The notes: generated from the letters alone by a model not told the origin. DNA of 64,000 nt from Ignavibacteriota bacterium (GCA_963776275.1 CAVZMI010000018.1:64001-128000); one strand, 5' to 3'; positions 43,918-55,750 are shown, numbered from the stretch's first letter. Numbers and translations are program-made.

Positions 43918-45480
43918 ATGGAATTATACATTTTTATTCCATTTCTTATCGCTGCTGCGGCAGGAATTTTCTGGGGCGGGTGGTTGATTAACGCCAGAAT
44001 ATCCCAGGCGAAGATAGGAAGTGCAGAAGAACGTGCAAAGAAGATCATCGAGGATGCTGAGAAAGATGTTGCTTCACTCAAGCGTGAAAAGCTTCTTGAA
44101 GTCAAAGACGAGTGGTATAAAAAGAAACAAGATTTTGACACGGATATCAATGCCCGTAGAAATAAGCTGCAGGCGTACGAAAAACAACTGAGTAACCGTG
44201 AAGAGAACATCGACAAAAAAGTGGAGTTTCTCAATCGAAAAGAGAAAGAAGTGACGAGCCTGAAGCAAGAGTACGAGACCAAGGTTCAGCTGGTGACTTC
44301 AAGAGACCGCGACCTTCAGAGACTTGTTGAGGAGGAGAATCTCAGACTCGAACGCATTTCAGGGATGACCCGGGATGATGCAAAGAAACTTCTCATCGAT
44401 AACATGGTCTCTGACGCAAAGACTCAGGCCGCACAACAACTGAAAGAAGTCCGGGATGAAGCGCGTGATTCAGCTAAGAAAGAAGCACAAAAATTGGTCG
44501 TTCAGGCTATTCAACGGACAGCCGCGGACCACTCTGTTGAAACAACCGTGAGCGTCTTAAGCATACAGAGCGACGAGTTAAAAGGACGCATCATAGGACG
44601 TGAAGGGCGTAACATCCGGGCGTTCGAAGCTGCAACCGGAGTCGATGTCATAGTCGATGATACTCCGGAAGCGGTCATTCTATCGGGCTTTGATGCATTC
44701 CGAAGAGAAGTCGCCCGGCTATCACTTGAGCGACTCATCGCCGATGGAAGGATCCACCCTGCACGAATCGAAGAAATCGTCGAGAAAACACGTAAGGAGC
44801 TCGAAGAAGAAGTTGTACGAATCGGCGAGAATGCACTTCTCGAGGTCGGATTACACGGCGCTCACACTGAGATTATAAAACATCTTGGCCGGATGAAATA
44901 TCGGTCGAGTTACGGGCAAAATCTGCTGCAACATAGCATCGAAGTCGCCTATCTGACAGGAATCATGGCTTCTGAGCTCGGCATCGATACTAATCTGGCA
45001 AAACGGGCAGGACTCCTTCACGATATCGGCAAAACGGTCGACCGGACAGTTGAAGGTCCTCATGCATTATTGGGATATGACCTCGCAAAGAAGTTCGGCG
45101 AACATCCTGTCGTTTCCAATGCAATTGGTTCGCACCATGAAGATATACCGATGGAGCATCCGATTGCAGCATTGGTACAGGCGGCAGACGCTATCAGCGG
45201 TGCACGCCCCGGAGCACGCCGTGAATCGGTAGAAGGATACGTCAAGCGTCTTGAAAAGCTCGAATCTCTCGCACAAGGATTCAGCGGTGTCTCAAAGACC
45301 TATGCGCTTCAAGCAGGACGTGAAGTCCGGGTCATTGTTGAACATGATAAGGTCGACGACGCCCTTGCCGATCAACTGTCACATGACATCGCTGCGAAGA
45401 TAGAGCAAGAAATGGAATATCCCGGACAAATTAAAGTGACGGTTATTCGTGAAGTACGTGCGGTTGCATACGCTAAATGA
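43918..45480 (+). CDS. rny: Ribonuclease Y
   Basis: N-terminal TM, KGRIIGREGRNIR KH domain, LLHDIGK HD domain; SD GGAGG before ATG 43918. Confidence 0.96.
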   Translation: MELYIFIPFLIAAAAGIFWGGWLINARISQAKIGSAEERAKKIIEDAEKDVASLKREKLLEVKDEWYKKKQDFDTDINARRNKLQAYEKQLSNREENIDKKVEFLNRKEKEVTSLKQEYETKVQLVTSRDRDLQRLVEEENLRLERISGMTRDDAKKLLIDNMVSDAKTQAAQQLKEVRDEARDSAKKEAQKLVVQAIQRTAADHSVETTVSVLSIQSDELKGRIIGREGRNIRAFEAATGVDVIVDDTPEAVILSGFDAFRREVARLSLERLIADGRIHPARIEEIVEKTRKELEEEVVRIGENALLEVGLHGAHTEIIKHLGRMKYRSSYGQNLLQHSIEVAYLTGIMASELGIDTNLAKRAGLLHDIGKTVDRTVEGPHALLGYDLAKKFGEHPVVSNAIGSHHEDIPMEHPIAALVQAADAISGARPGARRESVEGYVKRLEKLESLAQGFSGVSKTYALQAGREVRVIVEHDKVDDALADQLSHDIAAKIEQEMEYPGQIKVTVIREVRAVAYAK

Positions 45481-45487
45481 TAATGGG

Positions 45488-46129
45488 TTGCCTGAAAACC
45501 GGAAACAGGCCCTTCGAATCGGTGTTACCGGTGGAATCGGGAGCGGCAAATCTGTAGTGTGCTCGATACTTCAGGAATGCGGTATTCCGTTAATTGAAGC
45601 TGACAGACTTGCGCGGATTCTAATGGTTCATGATGCTATTCTCAAATGCCGGATCATTGCCGAATTTGGGGAGCACATCTATCATGCGGACGGAAGTCTT
45701 AACCGGCTGGCCATGGCGGGGATAATCTTCAGTAATCCCGATCGACGGAAGCAGCTTGAAGCAATCGTCCATCCACGTGTGATAAAAGAAATCGATCGAT
45801 TATTGGGCGATATAGACAATGCACCATATGCCGTCGTTGAGGCTGCCCTGATTTACGAATCGGGATTAGATAAAAATCTTGATTATATTATCGTTGTGGA
45901 TGCAGATGAACGACTTCGTATCGCACGCATCCATGAACGCGATGGAACAGCCGGGGAAGAAATCCGGCAACGGATGAATGCACAAATGTCTACGAAGGAG
46001 AAACGAAAGCGGGCAGATTTTACTATTATTAATAACGGGACTTTCGCCGAACTGCGAAAACAGGTACTGTTTGTTCATACCATACTAATTGGCCTTGCAC
46101 GACGCATTCAAAAGGAAGAGATAGAATAG
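45488..46129 (+). CDS. coaE: Dephospho-CoA kinase (start uncertain)
   Basis: IGVTGGIGSGKS, LEAIVHP, RMNAQM, ADFTIINNG. Confidence 0.93.
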   Translation: MPENRKQALRIGVTGGIGSGKSVVCSILQECGIPLIEADRLARILMVHDAILKCRIIAEFGEHIYHADGSLNRLAMAGIIFSNPDRRKQLEAIVHPRVIKEIDRLLGDIDNAPYAVVEAALIYESGLDKNLDYIIVVDADERLRIARIHERDGTAGEEIRQRMNAQMSTKEKRKRADFTIINNGTFAELRKQVLFVHTILIGLARRIQKEEIE

Positions 46130-46151
46130 TAATTCAGTAGGAGAAACAGTC

Positions 46152-47363
46152 ATGACCTCGTTCGAGGAAGCAGCAAACTTATTCTTCAATACTTACAAAC
46201 GATATCCCATTGAAATCGATCGTGGTGAAGGTCTATATCTCTACACTAAAAGCGGCGATCGATATCTCGATCTTTTCGGCGGCTTGGCGGTGAACGCCCT
46301 GGGATATAATAATGAAGCTGTGAACCTGGCCATCGAGAGACAGATTAAAAGGTATATCCATCTCTCAAACCTTTTCTATCAAGATTCACAGATTGAGCTT
46401 GCTGAACGTCTCCTTGCTTATTCGCGTTATGCGAAAGTTTTTTTCTGCAACAGCGGAACCGAAGGAATCGAAGGGGCAATGAAGCTTGCACGGAAATGGG
46501 GAAAGCCGAAAGGGAAAAGCGATTTTGTCTCTCTTTCGAATTCATTTCATGGGAGGACATACGGGGCCGTGACACTCACTGAGCGTCACAAATACCGCGA
46601 CGGTTATGAACCGATGCTTCCGGGTGTCTCGTATGCACAATTTAACGATCCCGATGATCTGCGTCGCGCCGTTACAGAGAACACAGTCGCAATCGTTTTT
46701 GAGTGCATCCAGGGTGAAGGCGGAATATTTCCCATCTCAAAGGAGTTTGCCGATGCCCTGGTTGAATTACGCAGTAAATACGAACTCTTACTGATAGCCG
46801 ATGAAATACAGGGGGGACTCGGGCGTACCGGAAAATTTTTTGCATTTGATCATTTTGGATTCCGTCCGGATGTTGTTGTTGTGGCAAAACCACTGGGAGG
46901 TGGCCTTCCTCTCGGAGCAATTCTCGGTTCTGAAAGAGTTGCCGAAACGTTTAGCATTGGTGCCCATGGGACAACCTTTGGTGGAAATCCGGTAGCATGC
47001 GCGGCAGGAGTCGCAACTCTCGAACAGATTGTCGAGAAAGGTGCAATGGCCAACGCGGCATCCGTCGGTGAATATTTGAAATCACGGTTTGAAGACCTGA
47101 AACATGAATATCCCGATCTGATCCGCGAAGTCCGCGGCCGGGGAATGATGCTGGGAATAGATTTGACAGTCGAGGGGACTCCGTTTGTCGATAAACTTCT
47201 GCAACGCCGGATTCTCATCAATTGCACCAATACGACAGTACTCCGTTTTCTACCGCCGTACGTTCTGACAACGAAGGAGGCTGATTCGGCTCTCTTTGCT
47301 TTGAGAGAGGTGATTCAAGAGTACGTCAATTCGCCGGCGTTAGCATCACATGATCACGTATAA
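46152..47363 (+). CDS. argD: Acetylornithine aminotransferase (class III PLP)
   Basis: FFCNSGTE, SFHGRT, DEIQGGLGRTG, AKPLGGG, HGTTFGGNP. Confidence 0.88.
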   Translation: MTSFEEAANLFFNTYKRYPIEIDRGEGLYLYTKSGDRYLDLFGGLAVNALGYNNEAVNLAIERQIKRYIHLSNLFYQDSQIELAERLLAYSRYAKVFFCNSGTEGIEGAMKLARKWGKPKGKSDFVSLSNSFHGRTYGAVTLTERHKYRDGYEPMLPGVSYAQFNDPDDLRRAVTENTVAIVFECIQGEGGIFPISKEFADALVELRSKYELLLIADEIQGGLGRTGKFFAFDHFGFRPDVVVVAKPLGGGLPLGAILGSERVAETFSIGAHGTTFGGNPVACAAGVATLEQIVEKGAMANAASVGEYLKSRFEDLKHEYPDLIREVRGRGMMLGIDLTVEGTPFVDKLLQRRILINCTNTTVLRFLPPYVLTTKEADSALFALREVIQEYVNSPALASHDHV

Positions 47364-47382
47364 TTCTTTTAAATAGGAATTC

Positions 47383-47411
47383 TTGACAGTAAGGCGTTCA
47401 GGAGATATCCT
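47383..47411 (+). promoter_or_regulatory. Sigma70-type promoter of nadB
   Basis: TTGACA (47383-47388) - 17 bp - TATCCT (47406-47411). Confidence 0.55.
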
Positions 47412-47439
47412 GGACGCCTATGTTATCTTAAGGATCGAA

Positions 47440-49047
47440 ATGGAATATCGGACAGACTTTCTCATCATTGGCAGTGGAATCGCCGGTCTATCGTTCGCCC
47501 TCGAAGCAGCAGAGCTGGGCTGTGTTGCGATTGTCACAAAGAAGGCTAAAGCCGAATCGACCACCAACTATGCTCAGGGCGGCATTGCTTCCGTGATCGC
47601 TCCGGACGATACGTTCGAATCACATATCCGTGATACGCTTGTTGCCGGTGCCGGTCTTTGTCATAAGGATGCGGTAGAAGTCCTGGTAAAAGAAGGCCCT
47701 GCAAAGATTGATGAACTCATCCGCATTGGCGTAGAATTCACCATGCAAAACGGGAGACTTGATCTCGGACGTGAGGGCGGACATTCAATGAATCGTATCG
47801 TTCATGCTAGGGATCTTACCGGTAAAGAGATTGAACGGGCACTCCTTGCAAATGTCATAGGGCATCCGAATATTCAGATATTCGAAAATCATATCGCAAT
47901 TGATTTGATTACGGAACATCAGCTCGGCCTCCGGAGAAAAACGGAAGGAAAACATTGCTGGGGAGCGTATGTTCTTGACGTAGAGAAAAATCAGGTTAAG
48001 ACATTCCTTGCAAATGTGACAATGCTTGCAACAGGAAGTCTCGGGCAGGTTTACCTCCACACATCGAACCCGGATATTGCCACCGGTGATGGGATTGCAA
48101 TGGCCTATAGGACCGGCGCATCAATCGCAAATATGGAATTCATTCAATTCCACCCGACTACTCTCTATAATCCGACGACCATGAGCAATTCGACGACATC
48201 ATTTCTCATTTCCGAAGCTGTTCGAGGATTTGGAGCCGTCCTGGTAAATCGAGACGGGACTGAATTCATACAGAAGTATGATCAACGCGGTTCCCTTGCA
48301 CCGCGTGACATCGTTGCCCGCGCGATAGATAGTGAACTCAAGCGAAGTGGTGACGAGTGTGTATATCTCAAACTCACACATCTCAATCCGCAGGAAGTTC
48401 AAGAACATTTCCCAAATATCTACCGTCGTTGCCTTGAGTATAAAATTAATATGACTGAAGAACTTGTTCCAGTTGTTCCTGCAGCGCATTATTCATGCGG
48501 CGGAGTTCTGACCGATCTGAATGGACGAACGACAATCCACAACCTCTATGCATGTGGTGAAGTAAGTATGACCGGTGTACACGGGGCGAACAGGCTGGCA
48601 AGCAATTCATTGCTTGAAGCAGTCGTCTTTTCCCATCGTGCCATTGCAGATGTGAAAACTCATCAAATGTTTCACGCCGATATTCCGCCTATTCCGCCAT
48701 GGGATGAAAGCGGTACGTTCAATAGCGAGGAGTGGGTGTTGATTGCTCATGACCGGAGAGAAATTCAACAATTGATGTGGGATTATGTCGGAATTGTTCG
48801 TTCAAATCTCCGTCTCGAGCGGGCACAACGGAGAATTCGTCTCATTCTGGATGAAGTCATGACGTTCTACAAAAAGACAAAGGTCACCGAAGGATTGATA
48901 GAATTACGGAATCTGGCAATTATCGCCGATCTCATCATCCGATCAGCACTGATGCGGAAGGAGAGCAGGGGTCTTCATTATACAACAGATTATCCGGAAA
49001 AAGATGACTCCCGATGGTTATACGATACAATTCTCAATGTAGAGTAA
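47440..49047 (+). CDS. nadB: L-aspartate oxidase
   Basis: [46 protein letters not shown]. Confidence 0.96.
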   Translation: MEYRTDFLIIGSGIAGLSFALEAAELGCVAIVTKKAKAESTTNYAQGGIASVIAPDDTFESHIRDTLVAGAGLCHKDAVEVLVKEGPAKIDELIRIGVEFTMQNGRLDLGREGGHSMNRIVHARDLTGKEIERALLANVIGHPNIQIFENHIAIDLITEHQLGLRRKTEGKHCWGAYVLDVEKNQVKTFLANVTMLATGSLGQVYLHTSNPDIATGDGIAMAYRTGASIANMEFIQFHPTTLYNPTTMSNSTTSFLISEAVRGFGAVLVNRDGTEFIQKYDQRGSLAPRDIVARAIDSELKRSGDECVYLKLTHLNPQEVQEHFPNIYRRCLEYKINMTEELVPVVPAAHYSCGGVLTDLNGRTTIHNLYACGEVSMTGVHGANRLASNSLLEAVVFSHRAIADVKTHQMFHADIPPIPPWDESGTFNSEEWVLIAHDRREIQQLMWDYVGIVRSNLRLERAQRRIRLILDEVMTFYKKTKVTEGLIELRNLAIIADLIIRSALMRKESRGLHYTTDYPEKDDSRWLYDTILNVE

Positions 49048-49051
49048 TGGA

Positions 49052-50476
49052 TTAATGCGTATAAAAATCAATCATCCGTTCAATTGCCTCTGAACAAACC
49101 TGGTCGAAATCTACAAGACTCAAACTGAACATCCGACAATCGATGGATGGTCTGTAAAGACCTTCAGAAACATATCCGGCTCCTTCAAATGCACCGACTA
49201 TATTTTTATATTGTGTACTATTCAATATTTCCTGTTCCCCTTTCATCAGTGGTTCTCTTTTTTCATAATAATCGGCAGCGAGACGGTCGAGTTTCGCACG
49301 CTCTCGTTCCAGACTATCATAGAGGGATTTCTTCCAGGGAGTGGGGATTGGTGTGCCGGGGTCGATAAATTTTTTCCATTTAAGATTGTTCGGATCCAAC
49401 AATGCCGTGATATTGGGTTCCCAGGGTTCAATCCCTTTGCTGTAGAAATCGATATAAGAAACCTGCGAGCCATAATACTCGTCGCCGAGTCCGCCAAACG
49501 AATGTCCGAATTCATGAACAAACACATAATCCGGTTGCCATTCCTGGCCGGGTTGATCCGTGTTTGTAAAGCATGTCGTATACAGATTGAAAATTCCACC
49601 GCCTCCGTAGCGGTTATCATTGACTAAAATAGAGATGAAATCGTATGGCACCGCCGCTGCAATATCCCTGAGCCTTCGATTTTCTTCTGTGAGAACATAT
49701 CGTTCACTGTTAAATGTATTATATGTCGTGCCGAGGGTAGAATTCTTCCATATATCCTTGTCAGGTTTATCAATTCCGGATTCATCTGATTCAACTTCGA
49801 TAGTCCAGACGTTGAAGTCCGATTTTCGTTCCTTGAATGGATGTGTGTTGAATAGAACGCCGATAAAATGCGCTACATCGGCCCGAAATTTTTCCATATC
49901 CTTTTTTGTGTATCCATCACCAAGAAGAAGAAGATCGACTTTTTTCTCAGGCGGTCCGTTTTTCATAAAAGTCGTGATGGTGTAATGTGCCTTCTGTGTT
50001 TCTTTTTGAATGCTCCGTGGAACCGACGGATCGATAATGGTGGAAAAAATTTCATGAAAGATCATTTGCCTGTCCCGCCGTGAAATTATGAGCTGGATTT
50101 TCCGGAGCGGAAAAGGAAAGCGAACGGTTTCATGGAAGGTGCGATACATGCCTGAGTTTGCCTCATCGGTGGTTTGCCATTCGTTAAAGATCGTTGAATA
50201 CCCTCGGGAGTAAATTAGGATATTTGTTGTTGCGTCGGTAATGCGGACAAAGTATTCCCCGAGATTTAATGTGTCCACTAGATTTATTCTGCTCCCGGGC
50301 CAGGGCCCTTCACGATAGACTCTGTCCAGGCTGATCGTTTCCTGTCCTTTCGTGCCGGTATGATAATAATCTACCCGCATGGTTTCGTTGTGGAAGTACC
50401 GCTCAAAGTCTTGGGCAAAACTCGCCGAAATTGTCAGAGCAAGGATCGGGACTAAAAAGAATATTTTCCGTAGCAT
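49052..50476 (-). CDS. Secreted metallopeptidase, M64 (IgA peptidase) family
   Basis: Signal peptide, LLGDGYT, YGGGGI, VHEFGHSFGGLGDEY, EGAGY...YRP..DCRM. Confidence 0.9.
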   Translation of the reverse strand: MLRKIFFLVPILALTISASFAQDFERYFHNETMRVDYYHTGTKGQETISLDRVYREGPWPGSRINLVDTLNLGEYFVRITDATTNILIYSRGYSTIFNEWQTTDEANSGMYRTFHETVRFPFPLRKIQLIISRRDRQMIFHEIFSTIIDPSVPRSIQKETQKAHYTITTFMKNGPPEKKVDLLLLGDGYTKKDMEKFRADVAHFIGVLFNTHPFKERKSDFNVWTIEVESDESGIDKPDKDIWKNSTLGTTYNTFNSERYVLTEENRRLRDIAAAVPYDFISILVNDNRYGGGGIFNLYTTCFTNTDQPGQEWQPDYVFVHEFGHSFGGLGDEYYGSQVSYIDFYSKGIEPWEPNITALLDPNNLKWKKFIDPGTPIPTPWKKSLYDSLERERAKLDRLAADYYEKREPLMKGEQEILNSTQYKNIVGAFEGAGYVSEGLYRPSIDCRMFSLSLVDFDQVCSEAIERMIDFYTH

Positions 50477-50697
50477 TTTGTATCTCTCCTGTATGGTGAT
50501 TCGAGGAATAACGAAACTGCTCGATCATCAAACCCAGTTTTGGATGGCTGCCAATAAATGTTAAATGATCGATGGAACCTTTATTAAAATAAGGGAGTTA
50601 GATCGGATAAGCAACAGCAAAATCTACCTTGTTTCAGTTCCCTTTTTTCCGTATCTTAGAGACGATTTTTTTTGTGGACTTATAAAAACACTAATAG

Positions 50698-52188
50698 ATG
50701 GATACTGCACAACCTGACAAGCCACGCTGCAATTGCGGCATTTTTGGCGTTTTTGGACATTCCCAGGCTTCGAGATTGATTTACTATGGGCTTCTGGCTC
50801 TTCAGCATCGCGGTCAGGAGGCCTCGGGTATTGTTACCAGATATTATGACACTGAAAGACAAAAACATCGCTTCCATACCTATAAGGGGATCGGACTGGT
50901 GAATGATGTCTTTCGGGATGAGAAAATACTCGCCGAGACACTGGATGGCGATGCGGCCATAGGTCATAACCGTTATTCTACTACGGGTTCTTCCGATAAC
51001 CGGGCGAACGTCCAGCCTTTCGTGGTGAACTACCGGAGCGGTAATCTTGCTGTTTCTCATAATGGAAATCTTACAAATTATCGTGCACTTCGGAAGAAAC
51101 TGAGTTCAGAAGGAACGATATTTCAGACTACCTCGGATTCTGAAATTATTCTCCATTTGATGGCCAGAAGCAGGGAGCAGAATCAGATAAATCAGATTCA
51201 GGAAGCTCTCAATACAGTCGATGGAGCATATTCTCTGCTGATTCTTACCGATAACATGCTTGTAGCGGCCCGTGATCCTTATGGATTCAGACCGCTTTCC
51301 CTCGGGAAATTGGATGGTGTCTATGTCGTTGCATCCGAGACATGCGCGTTTGATATCATCGGTGCCGAATATATCCGTGATATCGCCCCGGGTGAAATTC
51401 TCGTCATTGATGACGAAGCTAAACAGGCACAAAAACCGAAATCATTCTGGGTATCGAAAAAAGTCGCGCAACCGAGATTTTGTATCTTCGAATATATCTA
51501 TTTTTCACGCCCCGATAGCAAAATATTCGGGAACAGCGTCGATCGTGTTCGGCGGAAACTTGGAAAAAGTCTTGCAAAACAATCTCCGGTTGAGAAGAAA
51601 TCCGATGAGACAAAAACTATTGTCATCAGTGTACCTGACTCGAGTAATACGGCAACATTGGGATTCGTTTCGGAAAGCAATAAGCTGGGATATGAGGCGA
51701 AGCTTGAGATAGGCTTAATAAGAAGTCACTACATCGGCAGGACATTTATCCAGCCTGAACAGGATATCCGTGAATTGAAAGTGAAGATGAAATTCAATAC
51801 TGTTAAAGGTGTGTTGAAAGATAGGGTTGTTGTGATTATTGACGATTCAATTGTCCGTGGTACGACATCCAAAAAATTGATACAACTCATCCGTGAGGCT
51901 GAACCGAAGGAAATCCATTTCAGAGTTACAGCTCCTCCTATCAAGTATCCATGTCAGTATGGTATGGATTTTCCGAGTAGGGAAGAGCTCATTGCAAATC
52001 AATGCGGTGGAGATGTCGAAAAGATACGCCAGGAGCTCGGCGTCGATAGTCTCGCATATCTCACGATCGAGAAACTTCTCGAATCCGTTCCGACAGAGAA
52101 CGGTGAAGGATATTGCACGGCATGTTTCAGCGGTTTCTACCCTGTCGCCGTTGAACCGGTTGGGGCGAAGGATGAAAATGATGTCTGA
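50698..52188 (+). CDS. purF: Amidophosphoribosyltransferase
   Basis: Propeptide then CGIFG, LQHRGQE, GHNRYST, VIIDDSIVRGTT. Confidence 0.97.
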   Translation: MDTAQPDKPRCNCGIFGVFGHSQASRLIYYGLLALQHRGQEASGIVTRYYDTERQKHRFHTYKGIGLVNDVFRDEKILAETLDGDAAIGHNRYSTTGSSDNRANVQPFVVNYRSGNLAVSHNGNLTNYRALRKKLSSEGTIFQTTSDSEIILHLMARSREQNQINQIQEALNTVDGAYSLLILTDNMLVAARDPYGFRPLSLGKLDGVYVVASETCAFDIIGAEYIRDIAPGEILVIDDEAKQAQKPKSFWVSKKVAQPRFCIFEYIYFSRPDSKIFGNSVDRVRRKLGKSLAKQSPVEKKSDETKTIVISVPDSSNTATLGFVSESNKLGYEAKLEIGLIRSHYIGRTFIQPEQDIRELKVKMKFNTVKGVLKDRVVVIIDDSIVRGTTSKKLIQLIREAEPKEIHFRVTAPPIKYPCQYGMDFPSREELIANQCGGDVEKIRQELGVDSLAYLTIEKLLESVPTENGEGYCTACFSGFYPVAVEPVGAKDENDV

Positions 52189-52741
52189 TCCCGATGTTCG
52201 TCCCCGTGTAAGGGTATGGACAATCTCGAATCTTCTTAGTTGCACCCGAATCGTCCTCGCGATTCCGATCTTCCTGCTCTTGCTTCATGGTACACTTCAG
52301 AGCCGTCTGTCGGCGGTCCTGATCATGCTTGTTGCTGTCGTAACAGATTTTCTGGACGGCTATATCGCCCGGCGGCGAAATGAAGTCACTGCATTAGGAA
52401 AAATTCTTGATCCTCTTGCCGATAAAATCGGCGTCGGAGTCGTCGCATTCGCCTTATCAATTATGCAGTATCTTCCAATATGGTTCTTCTTGCTCGTTCT
52501 TTTTCGTGATGCTGTTATTCTTGCTGGCGGAGTGTGGCTCATACGGACGCGAAATATCGTTCCGCAGTCTAATTGGATAGGGAAATGGACTGTAAATGCA
52601 GTTGCATTAACAATAGTAATGGCGACATTGAGGGTGAACGCAGTAGTGGATATTCTAATCGGAATAAGTTGTATACTCCTACTCTGGTCGTTGGTGGCAT
52701 ATGGTCAGCGCTTCTTTATAGCGGTCCGTAGAAAAGTATAA
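52178..52741 (+). CDS. pgsA: CDP-alcohol phosphatidyltransferase (PgsA-like)
   Basis: TDFLDGYIARR...LGKILDPLADK motif; real start inside ORF 51893-52741. Confidence 0.85.
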   Translation: MMSDPDVRPRVRVWTISNLLSCTRIVLAIPIFLLLLHGTLQSRLSAVLIMLVAVVTDFLDGYIARRRNEVTALGKILDPLADKIGVGVVAFALSIMQYLPIWFFLLVLFRDAVILAGGVWLIRTRNIVPQSNWIGKWTVNAVALTIVMATLRVNAVVDILIGISCILLLWSLVAYGQRFFIAVRRKV

Positions 52742-52750
52742 GGGTGTCGA

Positions 52751-53701
52751 ATGGGATTCTTTGATACATTAAAGTTTGAAAGATTAAAAGAAGGACTGAC
52801 GAAGACACGCGACAACATCTTTGGAAAGGTGCAGCGGCTGGTAACGGCAAAATCAAAAATAGACGATGAAATGATCGATAAACTCGAAGAGATACTTATT
52901 ACAGCCGATGTGGGTGTCAATACGTCAATGAAGATTATCGAGAGAATCAAAACACGAGTAAGAGAAGAAAAGTATGAAGATTCAAACGAGCTTGATCGAT
53001 TACTACATGACGAAATTCGAAATGCATTAGGTGAAGGCAATCAGATGAACAGGAATGATTACTTCTCAATTCCTACAGGTATCAAACCATTCGTAATTTT
53101 GATTGTTGGTGTCAATGGAGTCGGTAAAACCACAACAATCGGAAAGCTTGCATATAATTATCGGACAGCAAAGAAAAATGTAATCATTGCTGCTGCGGAT
53201 ACATTCAGGGCAGCGGCGAATGAACAGCTTGAAATCTGGGCACAACGCGCTTCAGTCGATATCATTCAACAGGCGCACGGAGCGGATCCGGCTGCCGTCG
53301 CCTATGATTCGCTCAATGCGGCAAAAGCACGTGGAGCGGATGTAGTTATTATCGATACGGCCGGTCGTCTCCATACAAAAACCCCCTTAATGGAGGAACT
53401 AAAAAAAATCAGACGAGTGATGCAAAAAATCGTTCCTGAAGCACCCCACGAAGTTCTGCTCGTCCTTGATGCATCAACCGGACAAAATGCCCTCGAACAG
53501 GCTCGTCAGTTTGCCAATGCTGTTGGAGTTACAGGGCTTATTATTACAAAGCTTGACGGCACTGCGAAAGGTGGAATTATATTTGCAATCAACCAGGAGT
53601 TGAACATCCCTGTGAAATTTATCGGTGTCGGAGAACAGATTGGCGATCTTCAGCCTTTTGACAAGTCCGTCTTTGTTAATGCATTATTGCAGACTGAATG
53701 A
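52751..53701 (+). CDS. ftsY: Signal recognition particle receptor FtsY
   Basis: GVNGVGKTTTIGK, DTFRAAA, DTAGRL, TKLDGTAKGG. Confidence 0.97.
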   Translation: MGFFDTLKFERLKEGLTKTRDNIFGKVQRLVTAKSKIDDEMIDKLEEILITADVGVNTSMKIIERIKTRVREEKYEDSNELDRLLHDEIRNALGEGNQMNRNDYFSIPTGIKPFVILIVGVNGVGKTTTIGKLAYNYRTAKKNVIIAAADTFRAAANEQLEIWAQRASVDIIQQAHGADPAAVAYDSLNAAKARGADVVIIDTAGRLHTKTPLMEELKKIRRVMQKIVPEAPHEVLLVLDASTGQNALEQARQFANAVGVTGLIITKLDGTAKGGIIFAINQELNIPVKFIGVGEQIGDLQPFDKSVFVNALLQTE

Positions 53702-53736
53702 TGTAACATAATTAAGGAGGATTATCAGGACGATTT

Positions 53737-55746
53737 ATGAAAGATCTAGGTTCAGGCCTCCTGAAAAATAATCGTATACGTGTTGTTGTTGTCACAACGG
53801 TCATGCTGACGTTCATATCGTATTGGCGTGCGGCTGCAATTGTGCTGAGTGATCTGGCATCTTCCGCATATTATGTCGTTGGTATTGCCGAAGGAGCAAT
53901 CGGGAAATCGGCCCCATATTACATCTTTGCCGTCATGCTTTTTTCATATGCTGTCCGGCTCCTATATATAGAGTCAAGCGCCATGTTTACACGGGGAGGT
54001 GTCTATAAAGTTGTAAAACAGGCGATGGGTGGGGGATTGGCCAAGATTGCGGTTTCGGCACTTCTTTTTGATTTCATGCTTACAGGTCCGATCAGCGCTA
54101 CATCAGCCGGACAGTATATGGTCGGATTATTAAATTCCATTTTTATACAGGCCGGAATTCCTATTACACTTCCTGCAAATGTAACATCGGCGATCTTTGC
54201 TATCATGATCGTGCTCTATTTCTGGCATCAGAATATTCTCGGTATCGAAGAAAGTAGTGGCAAGGCGTTGAAGATCATAAAGATCACAACCGTAATGGCG
54301 GTCTTGATCATCGTCTGGAGCGTTGTTACCTTGCTTGTACAAGGGTTCAAGCTCCCGCCATTTGAAATTAGTGTTCATGAAGATGCAATGGGATGGCTGA
54401 GGGGGGTCGAATGGGCAAAAACAATTGGATTTGTCGGGGTCATGATTGCATTTGGCCATTCAATCCTCGCAATGAGTGGTGAAGAGACGCTTGCGCAGGT
54501 GTATCGTGAGATCGAATCGCCGAAGCTGAAAAATCTTAAAAAAACGGGATTGATAATTTTTATATACAGTATGGTTTTTACATCGCTGATTTCTTTTTTC
54601 GCGGTGATGATTATTCCCGATGGGCTCCGGACCACGATTTACAAGGATAATGTGATCGGAGGACTGGCCATGTTTGTGCTCGGGCCGGTATGGATACGCC
54701 TTGCAATGCAGGCATTTGTCGTTGTTGTAGGTTTCCTTATTCTTGCCGGGGCCGTTAACACGGCTATCATTGGTTCGAATGGAGTACTGAATCGTCTTGC
54801 AGAAGACAACGTTCTGACCGATTGGTTCCGTCATCCACATCGTAGATACGGTACGACAAGCCGGATCATCAACTGGATTGTTGGACTTCAGATCATGGTG
54901 ATCATTCTCAGTCAGGGCGATATATTTGTTCTAGGTGAAGCATATGCGTTCGGTCTGGTGTGGAGTTTTGTAATGAATGCACTCTCTACACTCGTCCTTC
55001 GATTTAAAGACCGTTCAAAGCGGGAGTTCAGGGTGCCGTTGAATTTCACAATCGCGGGCAGAGAAATTCCCCTGGGGATTGGTTTGACTTTTCTTGTTTT
55101 ATTACTCGTGGCATTGACAAATCTGTTCACGAAGCCGGTTGCTACAGAGTGGGGAATTGCTTTTACAATTTTCCTATTTATCGTGTTTTCCTCTTCTGAA
55201 ATGGTGAACAAGAGACATGCACAAAAATCGGAGACACATTTAGAAAAATTTAATATCTTTGGAGAATCGACAATAACACCTGAAAGCATCGGCAGTGTAC
55301 GAATTAAACGAAAGGTGGTCGGAGTCGGATCGATTACTAATTTAAAACATCTTATGAAATGCCTTGAAGAGACCGATACGGATGATGTGGACATCGTGGT
55401 TATGACGGCGAAGGTTCTCCGTGATCGGCAGAGCGAAGTGGTCGAGGCTCAACTCAGTCGTTCGGAACAGGCGGTATTATCGGAGGTTGTCAGTATCGCC
55501 GAAAAAGTTGGGAAGCCCGTGATTCCGATCGTTGTCCCGACAAATAATGTCCCTTATGCGCTCGCAATGACGGCAAAAGAATTAGGGGCAACGGAGATAT
55601 TTCTTGGTGCATCGGCTAAATACGATCCTGATTTTCAGCTTCAACAAATTGCGCTGCTGTGGGGAGCAGTGCAACCCGACGAGACCAAACAGATTTGCAT
55701 ACGAATATTCGATCCAACATATCGGGAATATCGAGCGGAGTTGTAA
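53737..55746 (+). CDS. APC-family permease with cytoplasmic C-terminal domain
   Basis: About 12 TM segments, DLASSAYY, LAMSGEE; soluble C-terminal region. Confidence 0.85.
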   Translation: MKDLGSGLLKNNRIRVVVVTTVMLTFISYWRAAAIVLSDLASSAYYVVGIAEGAIGKSAPYYIFAVMLFSYAVRLLYIESSAMFTRGGVYKVVKQAMGGGLAKIAVSALLFDFMLTGPISATSAGQYMVGLLNSIFIQAGIPITLPANVTSAIFAIMIVLYFWHQNILGIEESSGKALKIIKITTVMAVLIIVWSVVTLLVQGFKLPPFEISVHEDAMGWLRGVEWAKTIGFVGVMIAFGHSILAMSGEETLAQVYREIESPKLKNLKKTGLIIFIYSMVFTSLISFFAVMIIPDGLRTTIYKDNVIGGLAMFVLGPVWIRLAMQAFVVVVGFLILAGAVNTAIIGSNGVLNRLAEDNVLTDWFRHPHRRYGTTSRIINWIVGLQIMVIILSQGDIFVLGEAYAFGLVWSFVMNALSTLVLRFKDRSKREFRVPLNFTIAGREIPLGIGLTFLVLLLVALTNLFTKPVATEWGIAFTIFLFIVFSSSEMVNKRHAQKSETHLEKFNIFGESTITPESIGSVRIKRKVVGVGSITNLKHLMKCLEETDTDDVDIVVMTAKVLRDRQSEVVEAQLSRSEQAVLSEVVSIAEKVGKPVIPIVVPTNNVPYALAMTAKELGATEIFLGASAKYDPDFQLQQIALLWGAVQPDETKQICIRIFDPTYREYRAEL

Positions 55747-55750
55747 GCCA